Source: Isurus oxyrinchus (Eukaryota). From it: 64,000 nt of DNA. Under the pieces are notes generated by a model. That model was not told the origin of the DNA and did no database searches. It saw only the letters and a program-made list of their open reading frames with translations. How positions within the stretch are numbered: position 1 is the first letter of the stretch; each line of letters begins with the position of its first letter. The stretch spans positions 2,294,001 through 2,358,000 of the forward strand of contig JANJGN010000052.1 of the NCBI GenBank assembly GCA_026770705.1, written 5' to 3'. The translations under genes and the position numbers were made by a program. Positions 23,480 through 36,390 of this stretch are shown here, in pieces.

Positions 23480-25490
23480 GTTGGATTGTATTAATTTTAA
23501 TGCAAGGAGTCTGACAGACTTGCATTCTCCTGCAGGTGTAATGTTGCAGCTCCCTTGAACCTGCAAATATTGTTGAATCTGTCTGCATATTTCAATGTTA
23601 TGTCATGAACTGAGCTGATGGGATAGTTTCTGAGACTGGGACAGACATAAATCCATTGGCTTTCGGCCGGACTGGACAATCATGGAAGTGGGTGGGGCCA
23701 GAAAATCCCACCCCTATGGGAACATTTTCAGTTAATTTGATGTGCCCAGAGAGATCAATAAAGACCACAATCCACAATTTATTGGCAAGCCACGTCAGGA
23801 TATGTGTGAGAGGTGGAATATCGATCACCGCTCCTAGTCTCGTCGTGTACATCATCGCCATTTCCTGGTTTGTCAGTCACCACATGTATATGTTCCTGAT
23901 GGGATAGCGGATGGTCATTCTTATTGCTTGAAGGTTCCCTGTTGTGCAGGGTTTGATTGGATCAGCGCACGGCTCTTTGTAGCTGCATCAGCCTTTGCTC
24001 TCGTGCCCTGCCGCTGTCAATGGCCCTTTCTGCCACAAGCCTTGCAGGATTGGTGGAAAGCTGGGCATTTCCTTGGTGCCTGCAGAAGGCCACACCTTCC
24101 ACACGTCTCACTAGGTTTGGATGTTCTAGTGAGTGTGTCAACAATTGATGTTGTACTGAGGACCTGTAAGCTTCGTTGACCTGCGAGGATCACTTCGTAT
24201 TTATGTCCATCCTTGAGTAGCTCTTCAATGCTATAGGTTTTGGTCTTATCTAGCAGATCTTTCTGGAAGGCTTCCATGGGAGTGGATGTAATCACCAACT
24301 CAACAACTCTGTCTGCAGGCTCTGTGTTTGAAATCACAGTGCGTACCCTTTTCTCTACATCGGCTGATGAAGTGGTCTATGGATTGTGTAGGCTGATGAA
24401 ATGACATAAACTCTAGTTGATGAATATGGAGTTTCACCTGATTCTGAACCTGTCTTCCAATATTGTCCGTATCTATTGGGGATCCTTTCGCTCTTCTGCT
24501 GTTAATGCTGACGTGCTCAGCCTGTGTAGACCTTCATTCCCAATCGCGAGGTGAATTTTTATGGCTTGCTCGTCTGGTTCAGTCACACCTGAATCAGGAA
24601 ACCAGAGCTCTGTACGCTGTTTAAACATTCTGAATTCAGATAGTCGGTCAGCTACATCCCAGTTCAAACTGGGGAATTTCGTGGACATTCTGACAATATT
24701 CCTTTGACCTTCCTTCTCCTACAGGATCTGGGATGTGTCGCTTTAGCCCCTTTCGTGTGCTTTTCCGAAGCTCCGCCCACGAAGACGGGTTGTGGCAGGA
24801 ACACACCACGGAGTAATGGAGTCTTTGTTTTTTATTCAATTTGCTGTTCAGCAATCTCGAAGCCGCCCGTTATAATCACTAACTTCTCTGGGCTGATTTT
24901 TATAATGGTTTTTGTGTGTTTGACTCTCCCTCGCTCACTATCGATCCAGCCCACACCCTGGTCACTCGCCTTCCCTGACTGAGCTAACCCGCTGCTGGTC
25001 CTGGCGATACACACTGTCCCACTCACTGACCTACAGGCCGTGTGCTGTAATCTCACCACGAGGGATCCGTCTGCTCCCCAGCTCTTTACTTGAGCTCTTT
25101 CCCGTCACTGTGTCTTCAAAGGTTTCCTGAGCAGTCAGTACACTGCGATTTCAACCCTCTCTGATGCTGTGTCTCTGTTGTGGTCTGACCAAAGCGTCGA
25201 GGGTCGTCTCATGTCATGTAGCTCGATCTAAGGCTGTTCACCACGTCATACCTGTACTGAATCTTGCTGCCAGAATGTTTGGCCACCACTGATCACCATG
25301 TTGTGTTTTTATAATGATATAAAGGCACCAGCCACTGATACGGCATTGGGTAAATACATTGTGGGTTCAGTTATTTAGAACAGGGACATGAGAACAGATA
25401 TACAAGGATAGAAAGCTGGGAGACACCTGCAGCCAAACTGTGTGAGCTGTGTTCTGCTCACAGGCCAAAGTGAAACTTGGACTGGATGGT
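23480..25490 (-). mobile_element. Degenerate Gypsy-type LTR retrotransposon (gag-protease, PBS, 5' LTR)
   Basis: Gag-like FPSLNWD..SEFRMFKQRTELWF and zinc-knuckle region CGRCG..KCPA..CKACGRKGH. On the minus strand the LTR ends CA at 25299, followed by a TGG-starting PBS. Confidence 0.75.
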
Positions 25491-27185
25491 GTTACCATCC
25501 CAGCTGATGTTACTACTGGGCAAGTCAGATCCCAGGGTGGAACTCAGCTTGATAGGTCCTAACTTTTATTTTTTATTTAGGAACGTGGAGTGCGGCTACT
25601 GAACAGAGTCACAGGAGTCATCTGATGAACGTCTAACAAAAGAATAAAACATTTATTAAACTAGGAAAGACAAACTATATGACATTACTCCTTCACCCAG
25701 ACCTATACCTTTACAGATACATAAGTAGAACACAAATTACGATAACTATCTTATATTCTCATGTTCACACTAAGTACACAGTCCGTGTAAACCAATAGAC
25801 GACCTGTGGTCAGGGACACAACATTCTGAAAGCAAGTGGCAGAGCCCACTTGAAACAAATTCTATGTCTCATCTGTCCCCAGACGCTTGTTACACTGTGA
25901 GCCAACCAGTCTCACTGAAAAGCTTCTTTCATATGAGAGTTTCCAATCTCCACTCTCCAAGAACTCGCTTTGGAATCTCCTCCAACATGACACTTTCACT
26001 CAGACACCTTCCACAAGGGTCCACTTTCACTATTTCAAACTCTCCTTCCCATGTTCCTGCCCCCTGGATCGCCACGTGCATTCAGCCTTCCTTCCACGCC
26101 CTGTCTCTCCAATGCTCAGCCGTGTCAATGGAACACCATGGCTTCACATGGCCGTAGTAATGAGTCACCAACCTGTGGTGTCTCCTAGGATCTTCTGGCT
26201 TCTCACAAGCCTATTTTGCTTTAGGTCTGTGTCCTGCTGCTTTCTCCCTTTATGCTTGAAGCCTTCTTCTGCTCCTCACTCTTAAATTCATTTTACAGGG
26301 CCTTTTCCAGATTTGACTAGAAGGTTTTCTTGGGCCCTTTCTCCTGTCAAACTCGATAGATTTGGCTTCTTCTTTACTTTGGGACTGACTATCTGTCCCG
26401 CTCCTTTGCTGCTTCTCCTGGCAACTCCTTTCAACAGAACTGAAAGTACTTCTCTGTTTTTCTCTGTCTCTGTGGGTCTTTCCCTCTGCATCACTGTTGC
26501 TAGGCAACAGCACAGTTTCTTACACCTTGTATTTGTTTTGACTTCCCTTCAACAGTCATAAAACCTCAATGGAATGCTGGCTTCTTTTTAACTCAAGTTC
26601 ACCCTTTTCTAAACACCCAAATACAGAAATACAAACTAAACTTGAACTTAAAGATAGACCTTTTGCCTAACACACACAAATACACATAGAACTTACTTAA
26701 GCGAACACCAGTTCCTAAAAATCACATGACACACTTCCCCTCGAGTGATGTCATGCTGCTGTCCCTGAAAGGCATATTACAACCGTGTTATCACTTGGCA
26801 GGTGATGTGTGCCAGGCAGACCAAGTCCCTGAGAGAAACCTGGTCACACTATCATAATGATTTTGCAATTTGCATTTATTATGAGATGTGTGCACTTAAT
26901 TCAGAAGCACTAACTCCACCAATACCTTCAGAGATTTAAAACAATAAATTAACATATTTGTCATCAAAATAAAGGATTTCAAGCACATACATAACTACAA
27001 GACTGCTATCATAACTCCTAAAATTCCTAATTAACCTGACTCCCAGTTACAGTCCCTTTAAGGCAACAGACCAAAAATAGATGTTAGATTTAAAACAAAA
27101 TCAGCAAGTTAACCCAATGCCCCGGACAGTGGAATTCCAAATGCATTGTCCCCAACTTCAGTTCTGTTGGAGAACAGGCTTCTGT
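25490..27185. mobile_element. Nested LTR-like insertions (about 25490-26718 and 26786-27185)
   Basis: TGTTA starts and poly(A)-signal-like motifs; they interrupt the Gypsy LTR and are absent from the paralogous introns of A, B and D. Boundaries approximate. Confidence 0.4.
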
Positions 27186-27406
27186 ACAAACAGGGTCCTG
27201 AGGACCATGAACCAATGTAGAATGAACTTTTCCGCTTTTGTGTCCAGGATTCTCTTCCATCCGGTGTGATACCTTGTGGAGTTCATTGTGTGTCCTGTAG
27301 ATGGTCCACACTGCAGCCACTGTGCCCGAGTGATGGAGGGGGTGGATATCGAGTCTAGTGGATCAACAAAACATCCAGAGTTAAATATTGATATTTCTCT
27401 CCCCAG

Positions 27407-27784
27407 TTGGACTGTCACAAGAGTGGAAAGGTGACACTCCACGAGAGGTGACAGCGCAGGAAGGTTCGTGTGTACAGATTCCATGTCATTACAGTTATCC
27501 ATCAGATTTGGTAAAGAAACCACATGTCGGAATCTGGAAAATGAGAAGATACATACGGAACAAATGGTCTAAATGGTCTATAGCCTTTCACTCCAAGGGT
27601 CACAGTCACGAGTTATCACAGTTCCACCATCGGACCCGGCTGTCTGGAGACCTGAAAGATGGCGACTGTTCCCTGATTATAAACAACATCAGACGGGAAG
27701 ATGCAGGACCTTATTTTTTCACGATAAAATTTGGCAATGGTCCGAGACATAACGTTTCCCCTGAAACCCAGCTTCAGGTTTCTG
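27407..27784 (+). CDS. Gene C first V-set exon V5 (VGLS type): open frame, donor mutated GT>CT, YFFR>YFFT
   Basis: 378 bp, phase-1 acceptor; ends TCTG|CTAAGT where all paralogues have TCTG|GTAAGT. Confidence 0.7.
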
Positions 27785-28039
27785 CTAAGTGCTGCGTTAT
27801 AATTACTCACCAATTCACATCCAACACTCAATGGGAAATAATAGTGTTTGATTTGCTTGTTTTTTAGCCGTGTTAACCAGCGTCACTATTTTTAATGATT
27901 TGTCTATTTCTGCTCCCAGATCCATGAGCTTATTGTGTGTGATTGAATCCACATCATAGCTGTAACGTAAACCGAGCTGAGGGGTGATGACACCTCCCCC
28001 CTGAGTGAAGTGTCTCCTCCCCACTACACCTTCCACCCC

Positions 28040-29010
28040 TCACACTGTCCGTGTAAACCCCCGTCCCATCTCCAGCCTCTCTTTCCCCTCCAAAGTCCTT
28101 GAACGTGTTTCCATCTCCCGAATCCGGTTACATCTTTCCCAGAACTCCATGTTTGAATCCCTCCAATCAGGTTCCCACCCCAGCCACTGTGCTGAAACAG
28201 CTCTTATCAAGGTCACAAATGGCATCCTGTGTGACTGTGACAAAGGTCAACTTTCCCTCCTCGTCCTTCTCGATCTGTCTGCAGCCTTTGACATGCTCGA
28301 CCACACCATCCTCCTCTAACTCCCCTCCACTGTCGTCCAGCTGGGTGGGACTGCTCTCCCCTGGCTCCATTCTTATCCATCTCATCGTAGCCAGAGAATC
28401 ACTTGCAATGGCTTTGCAGCATCATCTGAACAGTGTTAGTTTTCACATGTCCACTGAGGATCCCCAGCTCTACCTCACCACCACCTCTCTCGACTCCTCC
28501 ACTGCTGCTAAATTATCAGGCTGCTTATCCGACATCCAGTACTGGATGGGCAGAAATTCCCTCCAATTAAATATTGGAAAGACTGAAGCCATTGGCTTCA
28601 TTCCCCGCTCCAAACTCTGTTCCCTTGCTACCAACTCCATTCCTCTCCCTGGCAGCTCTCTGAGATTGAAGCCAATCTGTTCACAGCTTTGTTGTCCCAT
28701 TTGATCCTGAGATGAGCTTCCGGCCTCATATCTGCGCCCTCACTAACACCGTCTATTTCCACCTCCATAACGTCGTACGACTTCACCCTGTCTCAGCTCA
28801 TCTGCTGCTGAAACCCTCATCCACGCCTTCATTACCTCCAGACTCGACTGTTCCAACACATGCTCTACACTCCATAAACTTGAGGCCATCCAAAACTGCT
28901 GACCACGTCCTTACTCACACCAAGTCCCGTTCCCTTATCACCCGCTCTGCTCGATGACCGAGACTGGCTCCTGGTCAAGCAAAGTCTCAATGTCCAAATT
29001 TTTGAATATT
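28040..29010 (+). mobile_element. L2-like LINE RT fragment, degenerate
   Basis: RPISSLSFPSKVLER..QSG..HCAETALIKVTN..LLVLLDLSAAFD..DHTILL. Confidence 0.8.
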
Positions 29011-29059
29011 TTTCCTCCCTATTACAGTAATCTCCTCCTTTATCTTCATCCACGGCAAC

Positions 29060-30015
29060 ATTCCCTATCTCAGGAGCCTCTTCCAGTCCCTACAACCCTC
29101 TCTATCTCAGGAGCCTCCTCCAGTCCCTACAACCCTCCCTATCTCAGGAGCCTCCTCCAGTCCCTACAACCCTCGCTATCTCAGGAGACTCCTCCAGTTC
29201 CTACAACCCTCCTATCTCAGTACTCTCTTCCAATCCCGAAAACCATTCCTATCACTGCAAACTCCTCCGGACCCAACACCCCTCCCTATCTCTTTAACCT
29301 CCTCAAGCCCCGATAACCCTCGCGATATTCGTAGCCTCCTCCAGTCCTAACAACCTCCCCTATCTCTGCAACCTCCTCCAGACCGAATACCTCTCCCTAT
29401 CTCTGTAAGCTGGTCCATCTCTTACAACCCTTCATATTTCTGTAACCTCCTCCAGCCCACTACAACCCTCCCTATCTCTGTAACCTCCTCCAGTCCCTAA
29501 GAGTTTCCTTTATCTCTGTAACCTCCTCCAGCCATTATAACCCTCCCTATCTCTGTAGCCTCCCTCAGCCCCAGCCACACTCCATATCTATGTAACCTCG
29601 TCCTGCCCTTACAACCCTCCCTATCTCTGTAACCCCATCCTGCCCCAAAAACTCCCCCATCTCTGTAAACTCCTCCAGTCCCTGCAACCTTCCCTACCTC
29701 TGAAACCTCCACCAGCCTTTCCAACCCTCCCTACCTCTGCAATCCGTCCAGCCCCTACAACTCTTCCTATCCCTGTAAACTCCTCCTGCCCCTAAAACCC
29801 TCTCTGCCCTTGCAGCCTCCTCCAGTCCCTACACGCTCCCCATCTCCATAAACTCCTCAAATCCCTACAGCCCTCCCTATCTCTGCAACCTCCTCCAGGT
29901 CCTACCACCCTCCCTATCTGCGTAACCTCCTCCAGTATCTACAGCCCTCCCTATCTCTGTTACCTCCTACAGCCCCCACAAACCTCTCTATCTGTGTAAC
30001 CTCCTCCAGCCCCTG
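29060..30015. repeat. About 37-bp minisatellite (tacaaccctccctatctctgtaacctcctccagcccc)
   Basis: Degenerate tandem units. Confidence 0.85.
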
Positions 30016-30094
30016 ATGGAAGGTGGGTCGAGTGGGTCAGTCACTTGCATGTTTATTCTGCAGCTTTAATATTTTAAGATGGTAAGAATGTAGG

Positions 30095-30870
30095 AACATA
30101 AGAAATAGGGACAGGAGCAGGCCATTCGGCCCCTCGAGCCTGCTCTCACTGATCTGGTTGTGGCCTTAACTCCATTTTCCTGCCTGTCCCCCAAACCCTT
30201 GACTCCCTTGTCGATCAAAAACCTGCCTCACTCAGCCTTGAGTCTATTCAATGCCCCAGCCTCCACTGCTCTCTGGGGAAGAGAATTCCACAGGCTAGCG
30301 CCTCTCTGAGAGAGGAAATTCCTCCTCATCTCAGTCTTAAATGGGAGAGCCCTCATTCCGAAACTGTGCTCCCTGGTTCTAGATTCCCCCACGAGGGGGA
30401 AACATCCTCCCAGCATCCACCCTGTCAAGCCCCCTCGGAATCGGATATGTTTCAATAAGGTCACTCCTCATTCTTCTAAACTCCAATGGATACAGGCCCA
30501 ACCTGCTCAACATTTCCTCACAGGACAAACCCTTTAATCCCAGGAATCAGCCCAGTGATCCTCCTCTGAACTGCGTTCAATGCAACTCTATCCCTCCATA
30601 AGTAAGGAGTCCAGAACTGTACACACTGCTCCTGATACAATCTCACCCTGTGCAGCTGTTGCAAGACTTCCCTCCTTTTATACTCCATCCCTTTGCAATA
30701 AAGGCCAACATTCCACTTGCCTTCCTCATTCCGTGGTGTTCCTGAATGCTGACTTTCTGTGATTCATGTACAAGGACACCCAGATCCCTCTGTACTGCAT
30801 TCTGCATCCTGTCTCCATTTAAATAATATCCTGTTTTTCTATTCTTCCTGCCAAAATAATTTGTTGCCAT
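30095..30870 (-). mobile_element. CR1-like LINE 3' end
   Basis: QRDLGVLVHESQKVS..KASGMLAFIAKG; FKTEMRRNFLSQR..WNSLPQRAVEA. Confidence 0.8.
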
Positions 30871-30975
30871 TTTCCTCAGTATTGATCATCCCCCCAATTC
30901 AGCCTCATCAGTAAATTTTGAATCTAGTGGATCCACAAACCATCCAGAGTTAAATATTGATATTTCTCTCCCCAG

Positions 30976-31344
30976 CTGAACCCTCACAAGAGTGGAAAGG
31001 TGACACTCCACGAGAGGTGACAGCGCAGGAAGGTTCGTGTGTACAGATTCCATGTCATTACAGTTATCCATCGTGTCTGGAAAACCAACCGCGAGGTGGA
31101 GTCTGGTTTAATAATGAGGAACAGATTCCCTGGGCTCCCATTGCCTTTCACTCCAAGGAACACAGTCACGAGTTACCACGGTTCCGCCATCGGACCCGGC
31201 TGTCTGGAGACCTGAAAGATGGTGACTGTTCTCTGATTATAAACAACATCAGACGGGAAGATGCAGGACCTTATTTTTTCAGAATAGAATTTGACAATGG
31301 TCCGAGCCATAACTATTACCATGTAACCCAGCTTCACGTTTCTG
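30976..31344 (+). CDS. Gene C second V-set exon V6 (AEPS type), intact
   Basis: 369 bp, AG/GTAAGT, phase 1-1; YFFR retained; nearly identical to V1. Confidence 0.88.
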
Positions 31345-32157
31345 GTAAGTGCTGTGTTATAATTACTCAACAATTCACATTCAACACTCAATGGGAAATA
31401 ACACAAACTGTGACGTTTACACATTAACACAAAACACAGCTTATTATAACACACTGTCTGATTCTCAATAACCTGCTAATAGCTTCCAGTTCAGTCCTAA
31501 AACAACCTCTAATACTCACTTTAATATCAATGATTAAATGTATTGACTGTGTCCATCAATGTTATCAGGTTATCCACTTACATCAATCTCCCTAATCCTG
31601 TTTAAAATTCTTACATATCAACAAAAGAAAGATTTGCATTTCTATAGCGCCTTTCACCACCTCTGGACGTCGCAAATGGATTCACAACGATTGAAATAAT
31701 TCTTGAAATGTAGCCCTTGTTGTAATATAGGAAACACAGCAGCCAATTTGTGCACAGGAAGCTCCCAGAAACAGCAATGTGATCAATAACCTGATCATCT
31801 GTTTTAAATGCCGGTTCAGTGATTGGTTCAAATGGATTCTCTCCTGGTGGCGACAGGATAGAATTGAAATCTGGCAGATTTCAGAGAAAGTAACAAGCCA
31901 GTGTGTCAGGAACTGTGAGCTGCTCCCCCGCCCTCACCTGGGATTGTCAATTCAATTATCTCAAAGTGGAAGTGAATTCATCTGAGTGACAGAAATTCCA
32001 CTAAGTCTGAAAATAGGAAATTCTCTCCTGATCATTGTAACCTCTCAGATCTGATATCATCCTTGTAAAATTGCTTTCTCTTGTGGGACTGTGATTTCTA
32101 TTTGAACTGATGCTTCACGTTATATTTCTCTAAAAGGATCCATTCTCTGTCTGTTAG

Positions 32158-32454
32158 ATTTCACAGATAAACCCACGATATTCCCTGCTGAAATTATTGC
32201 AGGAAAGCGTGTGGATGTAAGCTGCACCTTCAACACGACGTGCAATGGTACAGCAGCACCTGTCTTAACCTGGGACACTCCCACTGACGTACCTGGATCA
32301 GTCTCAAACACTGTAACTCAGCATGGTGTCACTCTGACCTATACTTCTGTTCTGACCCTGATCCCATCACTCAAACACCACGGACACACTCTCAGCTGCA
32401 GAGTGAGATATCCATCTGTTTCATCGGAGCGGACCCTTATGCTAACTGTAAAAT
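32158..32454 (+). CDS. Gene C C2-set exon
   Basis: 297 bp, AG/GTAAGT, phase 1-1; SCTFNTTCNGTAAPVLTW. Confidence 0.88.
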
Positions 32455-32824
32455 GTAAGTATGGATTCCCTTCATTCTATATTAGCTGTAATAGGATACA
32501 ATGTGCAGAGCAAGATCCCACAAACATCACTTGAAGACAAAACAGGTCCTTTTTTATTAGTGATATTGACCAGGGAGAGCTCTTCCTGTATTGAGCCTTG
32601 GGATTGTTTATGCCTACCTGATAGGGCAGAGGGGGCCAAGGTTGAACTTAAAAGACAATATAGGATAATATAAATATTGTCTTCATTGATGTCAAAGATT
32701 TTGGGGGAGATGTAGTATAAAAGTTTAATATTAGCAATGAAAATAGATAGTATTTATCATCAGTTACTCAAGGTCACATGAGAATAGAACACGGAGAGAG
32801 ATAGTTCTATAGATACCTATGTAC

Positions 32825-34870
32825 ATAGAAACTAGGAGCAGGATTAGGACATTCAGCCCTTCAAGCCTTCTCCGCCATTCAATATGATCAAGGCTGACCC
32901 TCTATCTCAAAGCCTTATTCCCGCTTTCTCTCCGTACCCTTTGATGCCCCTAATATCAAAATATTTATCAGTTTCTTTCTTGAATACACTCAGTGACCCG
33001 GCCTCCACAGCCTCTGTGATGGAGAATTCCACAGATTGACCACCCTCTGAGTGAAGAAATGTTTCCCTATCTCAGTCCAAAATGGCCTGCCCTGTATCCT
33101 GAGATTGTCGCCCTTGGTTTTAGACTCCCCAACCAAGGGATGCATCCTCCCTCCATCCAGTCTGTCTATCTCTGTTAGAATTTCTTACGTTTATTCAGGT
33201 CTCCTCTCATTCTTCTAAACTCTATTGAATACAGACCCAGTCGTACCAATTCTCCTCATACGACAGTCCTGCCGCCCCTGGTATCAGCCTAGAGAACCTT
33301 CCCCGCGCTCTCTCGACGGCAAGTCTATCCTTTTTTAGGGAGGGAGACCAAAACGGCACGTAGTACCCCATGTGCAGTCTCACCAAGACCTTGTATAACT
33401 GCAGTAAGACATCCCTACTCCTGAACACAAACCCTCTTGCAATGAAGGCCAACATACCATTTGCCTTCCGAATTACTTGCTGCACCTGCCTGTTTACTTT
33501 CATTGGCTAGTGCACAAGGACACCCAGATCCCTTTGTACATCCACATTTCGCAATATATCACCATTTAAGTAATACTCTGCCTTTCTGTTTTTCACACCA
33601 AAGCCTACAATGTCACATTCATCCACATCATCTGCCATGTGTTCGCCCACACGCACAACTTGTCTAAATCGCCTTGAAGCCTCTTTGCATCCTTCTCACA
33701 GCTCACACCCTTACCCAGCGTTGTGTCATCAGAAAACCTGGAAATATTGCACTTGGCTCCCTCACCCAAGTCATTTATATATATCGTGAATAGTTAGGTC
33801 CCAAGCACGGATCCCTGTGGTATACCACTAGTCACCGCCTGCCACTCAGATAAAGACTAATTTATTCTGACCCTCTGTTTCCTGTCTGTCGACCAATTCT
33901 CAATCCATGTCAGTAAATTACCCCCAATCCCATGGGCTTTAATGTTGCCCACTAGCCTCTTATGTGGGACCTTATCAAAAGCCTTCTTGAAATCTAAAAA
34001 CACCACATCCACTGGTTATCCCTTATCTATTCCACAAGTTACATCCTCAAAATCTCCAGTAGATTAGTTAAGCATGATTTTCCTTTCATTAACCCATGCT
34101 GACTTTGTCTAATCCCATTAATGCTTTCCAAGCGTTCCGTTAGCACACCTTATATAATAGGCTCTAGCGTTTTCCCCATGTTAGACTAACTGGTCTGTAA
34201 TTCCCAGTTTTTTTCTCTCCCTTCTATTTTAAATAGTGGAATTACAATTGCCACCCTCCAATCTATAGGAACTGCTCCAGAGCCTATAGAATTTTGGAGG
34301 ATGACCACCAGTGCTTCCAATATTTCCAGGGTCACTTCCGTTAGTCTCTGGGATGTAGATTTTCAGGCCCTGGGGACTGTTCAACCTTTAACCCATTAAT
34401 CTCTCCAGCTCCATTTTTTAAAACTAATCCTGATTATCTTCAATTCCTCCCTCTCACTAGACACTTGGTTCCCTAACATTCCTGGGAAATTATTTGTGTC
34501 CTCTTTTGTGAAGACAGAACTAAAATATATGTTCAGTTCTTCTGCCATTTCTTTGTTTCTCATTAGAATTTCCCCCATTTCTGACTGCAAGGAACCTACA
34601 TCGGTCACTGCTAATCTTTCTCTCTTCACATATTTATAGAAGCTTTTACAGTCGGTTTTTACGTTCCCTGCAAGTTTACTCCCATGTTCCATTTTCCCCT
34701 TCTTGATCAATCTTTTTGTCCACTTTTGCTGAATTCTAAACTGCTCCCAATCCTCAGCATTGCTGCTTTCCCTGGCAATTTTATGTCTCCTCTCTGGATC
34801 TAATACTATCCCTAATTTCTTTTGTAAGCCCTGGTTGAGCACCATTTCCTGACTTATTTTTACGCCAGAC
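32825..34870 (-). mobile_element. CR1-like LINE, degenerate ORF2
   Basis: KLAGNVKTDCKSFYKYVKR..MAEELNIYFSSVFTKED; KANGMLAFIARG. Confidence 0.85.
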
Positions 34871-34989
34871 AGAAATGGATAATTGTTGTAGCAAATGCTT
34901 CAGCCTTATCTTTTGCCCTGATGTGCTGGGCTCCCCCTTCATTGAGGATGGGGATATTTGTGGATTCCCCTCCTCCAGTGAGCTAATTG

Positions 34990-35870
34990 TCCGTTACCAT
35001 TGGATACGAGCATTAGTGGACTGTATTAGACCATTATCGAAAATGAAAGCCGGACTCCAGTATGGCCTCACTATGATGGATATGACAACTCGATTTCCAG
35101 AGACCATCCCTTTAGGAACAATTACAGCTAAAGTAGTATTAGGGAAGTTAACCCAATTTTTTACCCATTATGGATTACCGCTGGAGATCCAGTCAGATCA
35201 AGGTTCCATCTCTATGTCTTAAAATTTTCCGAACATAATGAGTAATTTGGGTATAAAACAGTTAAAGTCCACAGCATATCATCCATAGACACAGGGATCT
35301 TTAGAGAGGGACCAACAAACCCTCAAAACAATGATTGAAGCTATTGTCATGATCTCCCCATGACTGGGACAAAGGACTGGATTTTCTTGTATTTCCCACA
35401 CGAGATTCACCAACTGAATCGGCAGGTTTTAGTCTTTTTGGAATAACTTATGGACACGAGATAAGAGGCAGTCTGAAATACATCAAAGAAAGATATTCCG
35501 GACAGAGGGATTTCAGATGATGTGTCCACGTTTCAGGAACGGCTCATGGGAGCCTCCAAAGTGGCACAAGAACATCTTATAGTTTCTCAAACAGAGATGA
35601 AGGAATGGGGCAGACAGGCAAGCTGTGACCCGAACATCACAACCAGGGGGATGACGTGTTAGTATCATTGCCTTGGCAGGGGGAGCCTCTGAAAGCGCGG
35701 TTCAGTGGTCCCCACAAGGTAATTAGGAGGGTTGGTCAAGTAAATTATTTGATAGACACCCCAGATTGTAGAATAAAGAATCGGCTGTGACACATCAATA
35801 TGTTAAAACGATACCATCGTAGGGAGGGAGGTAAAAAGGAGCAGGTATTTCATTTCTAACCAGATTCTGC
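34990..35870 (+). mobile_element. Gypsy integrase fragment
   Basis: YGLTMMDMTTRFPETIPL..TAKVV..FFTHYGLPLEIQSDQGS (rve-like), followed by stops and frameshifts. Confidence 0.8.
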
Positions 35871-36039
35871 ATAGATTACAGAAAGGTTAATGCAGCACTA
35901 AAACCAGATTCCTACCCAATCCCCCGTTTAGAAGATGGTATTGACGAGGTTGGCAGTGCCATGTTCCTTACTGAGATAAATTTGTTGGTAGTGGGGGGTG
36001 TTCGTGACCATCAGTGTGGAAGGGTTAGGTTTACAGGTT

Positions 36040-36390
36040 ACACAGACCAGACACACACCAACAGACACACACACACATGTAAGCACGCACATTCACACGC
36101 ACACGTGCACACACACAACACACACACGCACACACACACACGCACATACGCACACACACGTAAGCACGCACATTCACACGCACACCCACACACACACAAC
36201 ACACACGCACACACAACACACACACACCTGCACACACGCACATGCACACGCATGCACACACACACACACACACACACATACGCAAAAGCACAATAACTTG
36301 TGCAGAAACACAAACACACACATACACACACACAAACACACTCACTTGTACAGAAACACAAACACACACACACACACATACACACATGTG
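36040..36390. repeat. CA-rich microsatellite (shorter copies after each of the first three 282-bp exons)
   Basis: (CA)n-rich tracts here and at about 37130, 38535 and 39810. Confidence 0.9.

Noticed and set aside
31345-31440. Multiple V exons as rearranging antigen-receptor segments; RSS-like cacaaac...acaaaacac downstream
   Set aside because: Each V exon is complete through the G strand, and all but V5 end in a GT donor. The motif lies about 58 bp into the intron with a poor heptamer and a 20-bp spacer; there are no J segments and no YYC motif.
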